DNA of 64,000 nucleotides from Antedon mediterranea (lineage: Eukaryota; Animalia; Echinodermata). This document shows positions 10,901 to 23,800 of the stretch, piece by piece (position 1 is the stretch's first letter; the number at the start of each line of letters is the position of its first letter). The notes under the pieces are model-generated. The model saw only the letters and a program-made list of their open reading frames with translations. It was not told the DNA's origin and did not search any database. Made by a program: the position numbers and the translations under genes. The stretch is taken from the NCBI RefSeq assembly GCF_964355755.1, contig NC_092670.1, positions 4,454,201 through 4,518,200 on the forward strand. Reading direction: 5' to 3'.

Positions 10901-13900
10901 TTCCTACTAGAACGTAACGCAAGGACGTAAACGCAACGCAAGCGTTTTAACCAATCACAAGCGATGGCTTATTCGCTTGTGATTTCTAACTGTCTATAAC
11001 TTCGCTTGTCATTGGTTAAAACGCTTGCGTTGCGTTTACGTCATTGCGTTACGTTCTAGTGGGAACCAAGCCTGACTTGTGATTACGCAATATAATAATA
11101 ATATTTGCGTCGATACGTCGCTGCGTTGCGTTCTAGTGGGAACTCGTATAGCTTAATGCTGTCTAATCGTCGAAGTAACTATAGTATGGGTGCAGTACAA
11201 ATTTTGCGGGAAAAAAGTATAGGAAATTTTTTTTCTTTTTTTTTCTGATAGAGTATACCATATAGAATGTCAGAAAAAAAATCCCCATCCCAAGGTCTTG
11301 GGGAAAATTTTTTACGGCACTTTTAAATTTTGGCCTATATAACACACACAAATGCCTATTAACACACACAAATACCTATATATAGGGGATAGGGAAAACC
11401 AATTCACGTTTTTTTTAACTTGGAGTTGTGTTATGATGATTAAAATTAGCTGAGGCTTACTTTAATAACTACTTCTCATAGTAGTTGATAAATCGAGTCG
11501 GTAACAATGACATCATCATGCCAGAATCCAATATGGCGTCCAATTTGGCGGAAAAAACAGGGTATTGCCAAACCCCTGGAAACCTCCAAAATAACATAGC
11601 AAACCCCCACCGAACCAACATAAAAGTGATTGAATCATGTAGTGTACAACCCACTGGGTATATCCATGTAAAAAAAAAATTAAATTTCTACTGTTAACTA
11701 CTTATTTTTGGGGCAAAACATCATTTTTTGGTCAAAAATGATTGCTAAACCCTGCAAACCTCCTAAAAAACATAGCAAACCCCACCGAACCAACATAATA
11801 AAAGTGATTGAATCATGTAGTGTACGACCCACTGGGTATATCCATGTTTTAAAAAAATAAAATTTCTACTGTTAACTACTTATTTTTGGGGTAAAACATC
11901 ATTTTTTGGTAAAAAATTATTGCTTATTTTTAACCAAAAAATGACGTTTTATCCCAAAAATAAGTAGTTAACAGTAGAAATTTTTTTTTTTTACATGGAC
12001 ATACCCAGTGGGGCGTACACTCTATGATTCAATCACTTTTATGTCGGTTCGGTGGGGTTTTCTATGTTTTTTTTTGGAGGTTTCCAGGGGTTTAGCAATA
12101 CCCTGTTTTTCCCGCCAATTGGACGCCATATTGGATTCTGGCATGATGATGTCATCGTATCGACTTGATTCATCAACTACTATGAGAAGTAGTTATTAAA
12201 GTAAGCCTCTACTAATTGTAATCATTAAAATACCACTGCAAGTAACAAAAACTGTTAATTGATTTTCCCTATCCCCTATATATAGGTATTTGTGTATGTT
12301 AATAGGAATTTGTGTGTGTTATATAGGCCAAAATTTAAAAGTGCCATAAAAAATTGTCCCCAAGACCCTGGGATGGGGATTTTTTTTCTGACATTCCATA
12401 TGGTATACTCTATTAGAAAAACCCAAAAAAAATTTCCTATACTTTTTTCCCGCAAATGTGTATAATAATTGTTCTGCACCCAGGCTACTAATCGAGTGAA
12501 ACGTAATATTACTAAAAATATCATTAATAATAATATCCGATTAATAGATCAATGGGTTATTTATAAGGTTGGTAGAAAATTGTTAGGTAACATCGAAACA
12601 TTTTCTCATTGGTTACATTGATAAGTAAATTTATTTTGATTAAATGATTTGAAGGTTGGATAATCTGGTGTTTGGCTGTGACGTAGATGCCTAATTAATT
12701 AGCCAATCGTCAGCACGCACACTAAAATAAAATATCGTGACACTAAACTAGCCATTACTGAAAACAACATTGTTTATTATGTACAGTACACCACTATAAA
12801 CACGGTAGACAGACATGCATGATCAGAAACATATTTTATGTAGGCCTACATATTAATTTTAATAATATTCTCAAATGATTTAATAAAATAAACTGTCTGT
12901 GGTATTGATGAAATAAAATGACATTTTCAGCAGCATGTTTTCTTTATTCTCGACAGGTACAGTCAATATAGAGCGACCAGTCGCATATGCTGGTGGTACG
13001 CTGCGCTTCTGCGTTTATTTTGTCTATAAGGCTGCAGCTTGGGGTTTAAAGTTGCTGTTGCTAACGTTTTCCGTCTTCCGACATTACGCTTTCCACAATT
13101 TGTTTCCATTTTTGTCTGTTTATGGCAGGATGGTGTGTTATTGTGTTGGTGTCTACTAGTATAAGTCTTTCTTTATTTGATTCATCCGGTTATTTCTTGG
13201 TCTTCCTACGGGTCGTTTTACTTTCCTGTTAGTTTCCTTCATTGTTTGTTTGATTGGGGTATCATCCGGTAATCTAATTATGTGTCCATACCATTTTAGT
13301 CTCCTTCGTTTAATTCTTTTACTCCATTCTTCTTGTTTTGTTATCTCGTATATGTTCGTGTTACACACTATCTGTTAATTTAATATCTATCATCTTTCGC
13401 AACATTTTCCTGTGATATATATCTATACTCTCTTGTAATTTTTTGTTTAGTACACAGAGTTCACTGTTATATAAGAAAATACTTGCTATGTATGCGTCAA
13501 ACAAACGGGATTTCACGTCTATAGACATCGTTTTGTGTTCTAGCGACGACTTCAGCTTGTTATATGCCATAGCTGCTAGTGATTTTCTTCTTTTAATGTC
13601 TTTTTCTGTGTCCAAGTTACTACCGAGGTATTTGCATTCTTCCCATTTACTATCGGTGTTTCTTCCTATTAGGTATTCTTCTGTTTTACTTTCGTTTATC
13701 TTTAGATTGAATTCTGCTAATTTCTCTGTTACATTTTTCTTTATTTTAGTTATGTGTTCTTTTGAGTCGCTAATAAATGAAATGTCATCTGCATACTGCA
13801 TCTGGATATTAAGCTGTTCTAGGGGTAGTGGTGTTGTGTTTGCTGATTCGAGTGCCTTTGCTAGGTATAGTGTGAACAGTATCGGAGACATACAGTCACC

Positions 13901-16900
13901 TTATGGTACTCCTAGTGTAGTAGTAAACAATTTTCCTGTCTGTTTTCCAATTCGAACGCTTAATTTTACATTGTTTATCAAAACTTTCAACATGTGTAGT
14001 TCATCATCTTGTAATATATGTGTCAGTATGTCGAATAGAGTATTCCTCCGCACCGTGTCAAATGCACTGGTCATGTCAAGTAGTAGTAATATTATTTCGT
14101 AGTTAGATGACGCAATTGCCTTTTCTTCTAACATTTTGCATGTATGTACATGTTCGGTAGTGCTTCGTCCTCTGCGATACGCGGCCTGTGTTACAGGGAC
14201 ATGTTCATCTAATCTGTCGTTTATCCTATTTAGTAAGCATATTGCTAGCATTTTCCTAAGAACCGACAGTAGGATGATGGGTCGGATGTTTTTTGGTAGA
14301 CCTTTTTTCTTGCCTGGTTTCGGTATTGGATGCAATATGCCTTCGTTGATTTCTTTAGGTATGTTTCCTGTTTTAGCTGTTTGGTTATATATTTCTGCTA
14401 TGTGGTTAAAAACTTCTATAGGTGCATATTTTACCATTTCAGAGTATACTTGGTCACTTCCTGGGCTTTTATTATTTTTTAAGCATTTCGCTGCTTTGGC
14501 AACTTCATCACCTGTAAAAGGAGACTTCATTTCAATAGGTTTAATGTTTTCGTTTATAGGTTTTTCTTGTGATTTGTGATAGACGTTTTCAAAGAAATGG
14601 CTAATTATTTCTACCTGCTCTTCTTCGTTTGTTGTTATACCGAACTCTGTTTCTACCACAAGTCTTTTATTTTCGTTAAGTTTTAGGTTTTTTACTGCTT
14701 GGTACATTCTTGTTGAGTCATCTTTGAATTTTTCAATTTCAGCTATCTTTTCTTTTAGTGTGTCTTCTTTTTCTTTATTAAGTTCAGTATGAATATTCTT
14801 TATGATTTGATTTCTTTCTTTCCTAAGTTTTGTTTTCTTTGATTTGTCATTTGATGAATTTATGTCGCACCTCAACTGTTTCTGCTTCTTCGATAACTCT
14901 TGTATATATTTATTGTTTGATTTAGACTTTGCTTTCCTGTAACCAACCACTTCCAATGCTACATTCTGAAAGACTGTCGTTAATTTGGTCCATTTCTCTT
15001 GTGGTTCCAGGTCCTGGATGTTTACAGATTGTATACATCTCGATACCTCTCTTTGATATGTTTGTCTGTTTTGTTGTGCTTGAAGTTTTGACACATCTAT
15101 TTGTTTGGTTTTCTTAGCGTTACTATTTAATTTATACCATTGTAGTGTTAAAGTTGTCTTGACTAATTTATGATCAGTGTATGTTCTCGTACCACTCTGT
15201 ATGCTCTTGCGTTAGTGACTAGCTTCATGTGTGAATTCTTAACTAGAATGTAATCGATCTGGTTTCTGTAGGGGTTGCGTCTGATCTCTCCACTCTTCTG
15301 ATCGTTATGCTGATCGCGTCTCTGCGGGCATTCCCACGTAGTCCTATGTGACATCTTATGTTTAAACATGGTATTTGTTAGTACTAGATTATTTCTTAGT
15401 GCACATTCAACTAGCTGTGTTCCATTATTGTTCGTTTTTCCTTTACCATATCTTCCTACACATTGTGGGTAATCATGATGGCTATCCCCCGTTTTTGCAT
15501 TCATATCTCCAGCTAATATTAGGATATCTCTGTTTTTTTGCTTCATTTAATGCTTCTTGTACTTCGTCATAGAACCTATCTCTATCCCAAGGTTGTTGTT
15601 CACTATGTTCTAAAGTAGGTGCATATGCGCATACGAAAAGTACATTCCTGGGTTTTGGCCTACGGGTTTAAAGATATTGTTTAATTGACATAAGTACTTA
15701 TCATAGGTTAGCGAATCGGATTGTCCTTTGAAGTCCTACCTTTTTTATTTCGGTGTGTTATAATTTATTTTGTACATCACTTTAATCACAATTTATTTTT
15801 ATTATTAATATTGTTAGGTGACAGCACAAGCTACTTGTCTGACACTAACTGCCATGAGTTTAGACCGGTTTAAAGTGATTGTTTATCCTCTAAAATCGCT
15901 AAAGACACGAAGCACTACGGCAGCTAGAGTTGGCAATATTACTATCTGGACAGGTAAGCCTAGAGTAGGAAGTCTTCTTTCAATTAAATACTCCTTACGT
16001 AAGATCAGATGAAAACAACTGAACAAAAAAAAAGAAGTCTGTAGTATGTGGTATTTAGTTGGGGAAAGACTTAACGTTACATCTGTTTATTTGCTTAAAT
16101 CAAGTAATAACAAACTACGATTCAGTGATTAAAAGCAACCAAATTATCAAAATGTCACCCATGTGCTCAAATATGGCACCATACTTAAGTAAAATATCAA
16201 GTGACAACACTCAGATATTAAAATTATGTGATTAAAATGTCAAGAAAATCAGGTAAAGTTTATCAGAATCAAATGACTGAAAATGAGAATCTTTTAAAGG
16301 TTAAATAGGCAATAAAGAAATGTCTTTCCAGTTTGAAATGGTTAATCCTTAAGCCATGTGGAACGGAAGCATTTTAACTAACAACATTAAATGTCCTTAT
16401 AAACGATACAAATGGTAGAAGATTCTTAACTAAATGTTTCTGTTACGTATATAATATTTACAAAAACCAAAGAATAAGTTATTTCTCAATGCAAAAACTT
16501 CTATATCTACATTATACTTACGATTGATATTATTATTAAATGATACCTTGACATGTAGAAAACGTGGCTATTGGAAAAACGAATTTGTCGTCGCTGCTGC
16601 ATACGATTTTCATTTTAGCGCGTATTCAATCAGTGTCCAACAATATTGATATATTAAGCTAAGAGGCTCGTATAAACATAACTTTGTATTTCAATTAACA
16701 GATTGTCTATGCGTATTATCAAAATGCCAACGACATAACAATACCATTATTATATGCAACAACTGTTTTGTTGAAAGGTTACTTTATAAAGTTACGACTT
16801 TTTAGATTACCGTAATTGATCAACACATATGTTTCAGTCCAGCATTTATTTGACAGACGTGCTTATATAACGTATGTGTAAAGTGGTATTTCCCATTTTG

Positions 16901-18001
16901 TCATGTCTCGATATGGTTGTAAAACATTTTTTAAATAACATGTTATAATATATTAAGCTTTTAGGAAAATTATAATTTTTAAAGTAATAATTAATTTACC
17001 AATTAATATTAAATCGGCACCAACAATTACGTCCTTTAAGGCTAAATACAAATCTCATTTCTTTTCATAAAAAACTGACATGTATTATATCTAATTAAGT
17101 TTCTCTTTTGTATATTTTGATTAAGACAGGACCACAATGTAAAACAGATACACTGTTATCTGATTGTTTTATCCTGTATAAATATATTATTTATTATTAT
17201 TATTTATCAAGAGTAATTCTTTTCTATCATTCAATTTTGTTTATTTATTCGACAAAACGTCCTGGAAATTTAAAAAGTCAATGAGGCTCTATGGCTCACA
17301 AGCCAGAAAATCTCATCTTACAAATTACAACATTTAGGCAAATTTGTTAAATTTACAATTAAACGCACTTAATTTTCGTTGTTTTACTTTTATTTCCAGT
17401 GTCTGGTTTTGCATCTTTGCCGATTGGATTTTACTACGACGTAATGTATAGGCCTTTCATGTGTATAAACGTGTGTTATGAAAATTGGCCAAATAAATAT
17501 TGGAGAACAGGTTACAGTATATATAGTACATTTGCTCTTTATATTATACCAGTTGTGACTATAACTGTCTGTTATTCTATAATGCTTCGTGTTCTATGGA
17601 GCCAAAAAGTTCCATTGGACGTTCTCAACCACACTATGAAAACAAAATCATTGAAGCAGAAACGGAAAATAACCCGGATGGTCCTGGCAGTTGTTATGTT
17701 GTTTATAGTCTGCTGGATGCCTCAACATATTCTAAATTTGTGGATGCGACTAGACTCAAACTTTCCTTATGGAGTTGAGACTTACACGTTTAAAACTACC
17801 GCTCACGTGCTGGCTTACTTGAACTCGTGTGTAAATCCAATTGTGTATGCATTTTTGGGCGAGAATTTTAGAAACGCCTTCAGGAAAACCTTTCCAAAGT
17901 GTCTGAAAAAGAATGTTGCTATGCCAGCAACAAGAACTAGGCCGACGAAATACACGAGCTCACGAACGGGTAGCAAGTATCAGACCACAGCAGTAAGATA
18001 G
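4679..18001 (+). CDS. KISS1R: Kisspeptin-type (GPR54/KISS1R-like) class A GPCR, 352 aa; join(4679..4999,15818..15953,17400..18001)
   Basis: Spliced product has WLVP..GNGLVIYVI, TNYYILNLAITD, CKFVYYMMQ|VTAQATCLTLTAMSLDRF, CWMPQH and NSCVNPIVYAF. The QATCxTLTAMSxDR motif and both intron positions match vertebrate KISS1R. GT-AG sites keep the frame (321+136+602=1059 nt). Confidence 0.88.
5605..6082. mobile_element. Non-autonomous TIR element (dispersed family, related copies ~21063-21180 and ~50247)
   Basis: Imperfect ~45-bp inverted ends sharing CGTACATAAGT.GG.GAC / GTCCCCACTTATGTACG. The left end recurs at 21063-21140 and 50247-50285. It contains a tRNA B-box-like GGTTCGAATCCC at ~5942. Confidence 0.55.
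6195..6973. mobile_element. Foldback element with ~145-bp near-perfect TIRs, probably Academ-type non-autonomous
   Basis: 6195-6339 is the reverse complement of 6822-6969. The right end reads ...GCGAACTA (TAG terminus) followed by AAA; the left end is eroded but preceded by AAA. Confidence 0.7.
7473..10891 (+). mobile_element. AcademX-type DNA transposon, internally deleted
   Basis: Ends TAGCAGGGT...ACCCTGCTA with 3-bp TSD AAA (7470-72 / 10892-94). Inverted arms ~7473-8209 vs ~10167-10891 with a short non-matching stretch just inside the termini. Internal XPG/FEN1-type nuclease plus Cys-rich tail is the known AcademX architecture. Confidence 0.85.
8220..10253 (+). pseudogene. Academ XPG-nuclease/CXC protein, frameshifted C-terminal portion with 3 introns (8758-8861, 9115-9249, 9835-9943)
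   Basis: Motifs GNPF, FFMHENQPWPPSL..GKLR...KSELL, FDGAAIVH, IDIVWDTY, HEEADSRM, TVDTDV, FHAFTGSDTTSQFFGK, IPPT|DALLQH and CGCKK..C..NCKC....CT. Several 1-bp frameshifts; the N-terminal DDE transposase part is absent. Confidence 0.85.
10894..11071. mobile_element. Palindromic MITE (AGCTTGGTTCCyACTAG family, Harbinger-like)
   Basis: Near-perfect foldback with inverted CCAATCACAAGCGA cores. A further half copy runs to ~11155. Same family as 23105-23800. Confidence 0.8.
11182..12487. mobile_element. 1.3-kb palindromic Academ-type non-autonomous element
   Basis: Ends TAGTATGGGTGCAG / CTGCACCCAGGCTA with TSD CTA (11179-81 / 12488-90). Arms are inverted around ~11922. The left arm carries a ~178-bp tandem duplication (11567-11922). 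Confidence 0.8.
12940..15660 (-). mobile_element. 5'-truncated RTE-clade LINE (APE plus RT), inactivated
   Basis: APE motifs YAPT, AGDMNAK, NNNG, NQIDYILV; RT motifs KSPGSD, RPIILLS, QAAYR.GRST, GVP*GD (TAA at 13901-03 in place of Q), YADD, KYLGS; RTE-type tail RRLKWYGH..RPVGRP; AATAAA at ~12943; frameshifts near 15540, 15190 and 13370. Confidence 0.9.
15818..15953 (+). CDS. KISS1R: KISS1R-like exon 2 (TM3, DRF motif, start of TM4)
   Basis: ttgttag|GTG ACA GCA CAA...TGG ACA G|gtaagc. Confidence 0.9.
17400..18001 (+). CDS. KISS1R: KISS1R-like exon 3 (TM4-TM7, C-tail)
   Basis: tttccag|TG TCT GGT...; NPIVY motif; stop TAG at 17999-18001; AATAAA at ~18010. Confidence 0.9.
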
Positions 18002-20473
18002 AAATTGAAAATAAAGCATATTTGAAAATCAGAGAAGAACAAAAGCTAAAGAAAAGTTTCTGGTTTCAAGTCGTAAAGATATTATGGATGAACTCAGGAC
18101 TATGTCTAGTCTTACTCTTTGCTGGGTAGTTGTATAATAACAGTTTACATCATTATTGTAAACATTTAAAACGCTCAGCTTGAAAACCATCTATCAATAA
18201 GAACAAAGTACACGTCTTACACAAACCAGTATAGTCGCCGCACCAAAAGGCACCAACGAGGTAACAAATGTGAACATTTTAACTGCACATCACCAAAGTT
18301 TTTAGATACCTCAGAAATTGTGTACATAAAATAAGGAAACCAAAAATGTAGGCTGAGCGGTAACATGATATGAGGACGTTCTATTGGTTTACCTCACCTC
18401 GGCTTATACATCTTTTGTTTATCAGGGTTTATAACACACCCGATTGCCTTCTTTTGATTGGTTTATTATTCATCACGTGCTGTGCAGTATTAGTCCTATC
18501 TAACGATGATAATGGGTTCTAATGCACGAAACGAAGTTTCTTGTAAACGTTTTGAGAATTTTTGGCACGCGATGTTGTTAACTGATCCACGTTCGAAAAT
18601 CATTAGGCCCGGATAGTGCGCATCGTACTGTTCTACTCTGCGTTCAAAGTTTGAACATTGTTTTGTTGGATGGAGAGTATATTGTATTCGATGAAAGACT
18701 GACTGCTCTATTTAACTCATTTCTAAACTCTCAATCTTTCAACTCATGAAATATTCTCACCATCCAACTCATAACAATTCATTAATTAGTTTGTATAATG
18801 TATCTTTATTGGTGCAGGATATTGGTATAAGATGGGATACGATATAAATATTTAATATATATTATAAACATTAGTAATCTTACTGTCATTCGATGAGGTA
18901 ATTACGGTATTGATTAAGTTTGGATGTGACCTTCAGACACCTTGTATTTACTTTGAATTATCATTTTGATTACAAAATATTATTACATTTATTCCACATT
19001 TAAGAGATTTACAGCTGGGTTTAATTTTCGATGCATAGATCAGAAGTTTAATTGAGATCATAAATTTCTGTATGAATACAAATTGGCAAAACTATATACA
19101 TATATAAATCAGTAACAACAGGGTTGATTACTGTAATGACATTTGACTGAAGATATTCGACAATTAAAATTAAGAATTTACGGTACGTAAAAGGCAACAC
19201 ACTGTAGGCCTACGGATTGTTAAGTCAAGCAGCTACTTCATGGATTTGTGGCATAAAAATTGATGATGTAGACTTAATAGCAAGAAGCGGTCAATCACCT
19301 ACAACTCGTCTTCTTTCTTTCGACAGTTTATCATGACTTTCCTATTTTGGTATCAAGCAGATCACATAATCTTTGTAGATCAAAGTACGATAGGCCTGTG
19401 TATCTGAAATTTAAATATTCTAGACAAAACTAATACTACTGCTGTATTACGATAATTAATAGAAGTCGGCTATCAGATCCTAATTGTACATATTAATGCT
19501 TTAATATATGTCGCTAAATATTATCTGGTTACGTTCGTTCAGACCTTTGAGTACAACAACAATTTGGTGATTGATAAGAGGAGAGATACAATACGAGTAT
19601 GATTCCAAAGAACAGCCATCAGAATCAAAGTGTTACATGACTGTGACAGATTATAGAAATGAGTTCAGGTTATAAATATCAAAATCGTGCGTTGAATCTT
19701 TACAATTCTGCTGTGAACTATTTATCCAAGTAAAGTAAAGTATTTGTGATAATGACTGGAAAGTGCCTGGCCATATGTAATCCCATTTTAGATTCAAGCC
19801 GACAAATTAATTTTTGGGCCGTTTCTAAAACCAAACTTGATATGATAGACTCTTTCATCAAAGCTTCTTGTTCGCGCGCCGAAACACGAAATTATGCATG
19901 CAATTAGTAACGGGACATGTTCAATATCCAACTTTGGGACTTAGAAATTGGAAAACAGAGTGTTGTTTCTTTTTTTCATTTTGTAAAAGCTACACTAAAC
20001 TTATAGTTAATGTATCAAACCTTTTAAGTCTCTCTTTAGCAAAGATAATCTTTACAATAATGTACTCCATGACAAGAAATTCATTCTAAATATCAAATGT
20101 ACCAAATGTTCATTTTCAGTAATGCGTAACGATACATCAAAACAGACTATGCGAGATTTGTAATACTACTCGATTAAGATCATTTTGAAAAACGATTTTA
20201 GAATATTTACAAGTGCAAAATCAATGCTAAAATTAACTTCAAAATTTGTACCGTTTATTTTAGCACCATAAAAAATATTAATTGTAAAGCATTTCATTTC
20301 ATGTATTAATCAATCGTTCCATTTAACTTTCTTAAATTCTCGTTAATTCTATGCTTTTGCTTTCGTCAAGTACCGCGAATTGTTTTTATTGTTTTTTAAA
20401 TTTTAAAATCATTTCGCTCTCGATACCAGAGTAATTCCCGCGTGTTTACTAGCACTGTACATGATAAGTAAGT

Positions 20474-20588
20474 TTACGCGTTCACACCGTAGCTATTACG
20501 CGTTCACACCGTAGCTATTACGCGTTCACACGGTAGATATTACGTGTTTACACCGTAGTTATTACGCGCTCACATCGTAGCTATTACG
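20474..20588. repeat. 22-bp minisatellite, ~5 copies
   Basis: Unit TTACGCGTTCACACCGTAGCTA. Confidence 0.85.
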
Positions 20589-21845
20589 TACGCGTCTACT
20601 AGAGCAATTAGCCTGCGGTGAACCACGTATTACAATAAATTAAGTTAGTATGTGCCATTTAATGTAATCTCTCGTCATAATTAATCTTCTGTTATCCATA
20701 TCCATTAATGACGAGACAGCTAACATGTCTCGCTAGTTAGGCCTATGACGCAACAGTGTGTATAACAAAAATTGGCCGCTAGCAGCCGACCTTTCGAATA
20801 AAGATTTGCTTTGAGAATGTTATCAGTAATGTCATCATGGGAAAAATCACTCTCATCCTATCTCGTCATGTACTTTCTGAACAATTAAAACGCGTTGAAA
20901 AAAACCCCTGAATGTGACGTATGTGTTAACGCAACACTTCTACACCTCACTCTGAGAATGAAGTTTGATATGCATACACGTGACGTAACCACTAAATGAC
21001 GTAATTACCAAATTGTTTTCTCTTACGGTTTGTCAGTATGGTACATTTAATCTCGATGACGTACGGCCCGCGATATTTCTTTTCGTACATACGTTGGTGA
21101 CTCCTCATGAAACGTCACAAAATAAACAAGACTATTCATTAGTCATGTACAGGGAAAAAAAACTCCCGTGCGGCCCTCACATTGTTTGGCTATTTCAAAT
21201 GAGGTAGAATGGTTTCTGTGTCGCAGCGAACAAAACGGCGACACATGCAACAACTTCAACACAGTACGGGCTGAAATGGCCAGTACGCCAGTGTCTTTAT
21301 TACACAAATGCGTAAAATGGACCTTTAAATCACTTATTACCACCACCGGTGGTGGAAGAGAGTCTTGATGCGATTTTATTATTTTATATACATACATGTA
21401 TATGTTTTTTTTACATTAATATGTATATTGTTTTTTCCAAGCTTCTCCGCGGTCATTTGAACTTGGCCACTATATATACAGTATATATATATATATACAT
21501 ATGTCGATGTACTCAGGAAAGAGTGAAATTATTTCACTCTTCCCTGATGTACTGTAATGCGTGTATACTGTTCGTTTACAGACGCATTTAGTATACGGTA
21601 GATTTGGAGTAAAATTTAAACAACCGTAAATCTTTACAAGAAAATCCAAAACAGTATTATAAAATGTGTGAATTGTTTCTATTATTTGTTTGATCTTTAA
21701 TCCCAAAACATGGAAAATAACTATAAATATCAACAAAATCCAAAATTTGAATATTTTTAGACTAATAAAATCAAATTCTATAAACTGAAAACAAACTTAA
21801 GATAAGTTTTAGATTGTTAGACATGACAGGAATTTCCAACATTAA

Positions 21846-22439
21846 AGGCCAGGTGCGGGCAAAAAATTTCTATTGATCATACATTCCTATAATTATCGAT
21901 CTATAGTTTCCCCTATGTTTCATAATTTTTGGGATTTTATTTGTGTTACACGAGCTTGTTGAAAATAAGCACTTTCTAATCAGTGGGGGAATAGTTCAAA
22001 TTACAAAGTAAAATCTATATTCTTTTGTACACAAATTTTGTAAATAGAGAGGCGTTTTAAAAAGCTATGAAAAATAAACGGTGTGGTAAAAAATGTTATC
22101 AGATGACTAAATATAGGTAATATAACTTAAATATTACATTTCTGATATTTTTATTCAACTTCAGATTTTTATTTTCATGCTATAGCAAAAATTATCCACT
22201 GTATATCCACCATCTTTTTTCACCGTCTAGGGAGTCACCAGACATGTTATTACATTAGGTTACCTACCTAACTACTGAAAAAAAATTATCTTTGTTTTTA
22301 TGGACGAATTTTGCCAAATTTTGTATTTGACCATATTACGGTAAATTGATGTTTTTTCGTCTTGATTTCTGTTACAAATATTTGATTTATGTACAATTAA
22401 CCAAATATTATATTTAAAATTCATGCCTGTACCTGAGCT
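21846..22439. mobile_element. Kolobok-like non-autonomous element
   Basis: TTAA flanks (21842-45, 22440-43); imperfect TIR AGGCCAGGTGCGGGCA / reverse complement AGCTCAGGTACAGGCA; purine-start termini. Confidence 0.5.
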
Positions 22440-23104
22440 TTAAGAAGAGACTAGACTTTGGACTCTATAAATAAACGATGTAGGACGGTGTTACAAAGAC
22501 GGGTAGTAAACGAAAAAGCCAAACTCCTAATAAAAATAATACAATTTTGAGAGGCCCACTTGAACATATTTAACACTTATTTAGAGTTTATTCATTTATG
22601 TCAAATTCCTCGCTTCATTATGTTTATTATCAGCAAATCTAATAAACCGACCTGGCAAGTTATCTATAATATATTATTTTTAATAGTATAATGGGATGGG
22701 ATCAAAATCATTAGATCAATAACCTGAAGTTCATTAAAATCTGTGCTGAAAACAGTACGTTTACCACTTACAAATAACACAAATGATTTATTACTAGTAG
22801 TATACCTATACAATTTCCCTATTACTATTTCTATAACTGGAATATTGAACAACTGACATGGGACTGTACTTTTAATAGAACTGACAAGTGACTGTATGGG
22901 ACTGGATATCGAATATCTGTTGACGTGACTGGGGAAAATTAAAAGAATGTACTATGGTAAGAAATTTGATACGTATGACCTGGGAATTATTTGTAAAAAA
23001 TGAAATGGGTATGTAAACCATATGCCGCAAGATGTTACCTCGGTGCAGTTGATCCGTTCCGTATGATTGAAGCCGCTTTTGAAAAATAATGCTTAGTTCA
23101 CACT

Positions 23105-23800
23105 TAAGCTTGGTTCTCACGGGGACTTAAGCCACAACGCAAGCGAATTGACCAATCACAATCAACAGTTCGAATAATCGGTTTTAATTGGTCAATTCAC
23201 CACTAGTACATGGTTCTCACTAGAGACGCAACGACGTGTGACACAACGTAAGGAATTTGACCAATCACAAGCGATGAATTATTCGAACTGTCGCTAAAGC
23301 GTGGTTCCCACTAGCGATGCAACACAAGAACGTAACGCAACGCAAGTGAATTAACAAATCACAAGCGATGGCTTGCGTTACGTTCTAGTGGGAACCAAGC
23401 TTTACCATTGGTCAACTCGCTTGCGCTGCGTCTACGTCCTTGCATTGTGTCCTAAAGCGTGGTTCTCACCAGCGACGAAACACAAGGACGTAACGCAACG
23501 CAAGTGAATTGACCAATCACAAGCAATGGCTTATTCGCTTGTGATTGCTAACTGTCTATAACTTCGCTTGTCATTGGTTAAAACGCTTGCGTTGCGTTTA
23601 CGTCCTTGCGTTACGTTTTAGTGGGAACCAAGCTTTATGGGAACCAATCTTTACGTTGCGACTTACGTCCTTGCGTTGCATCCTAGTGGAAAACAAGCTT
23701 TTGAGACGCAACACAAGGACGTAACACAACGTATAGTGGTTTGACCAATCACAAACGATAGAATATTCAAACTGTCGGTTGTCATTGGTCAACTCGCTGG
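23105..23800. mobile_element. Nest of at least 4 copies or fragments of the palindromic GGTTCCCACTAG MITE
   Basis: Left ends TGGTTCyCAC at ~23111, 23211, 23302, 23460; right ends GTGGGAACCAAGC-like at ~23388, 23621, 23685; repeated GACCAATCACAAGCGA. Confidence 0.8.

Noticed and set aside
13443-14579. 219-aa and 147-aa ORFs on +
   Set aside because: Antisense shadows of the LINE RT frame.
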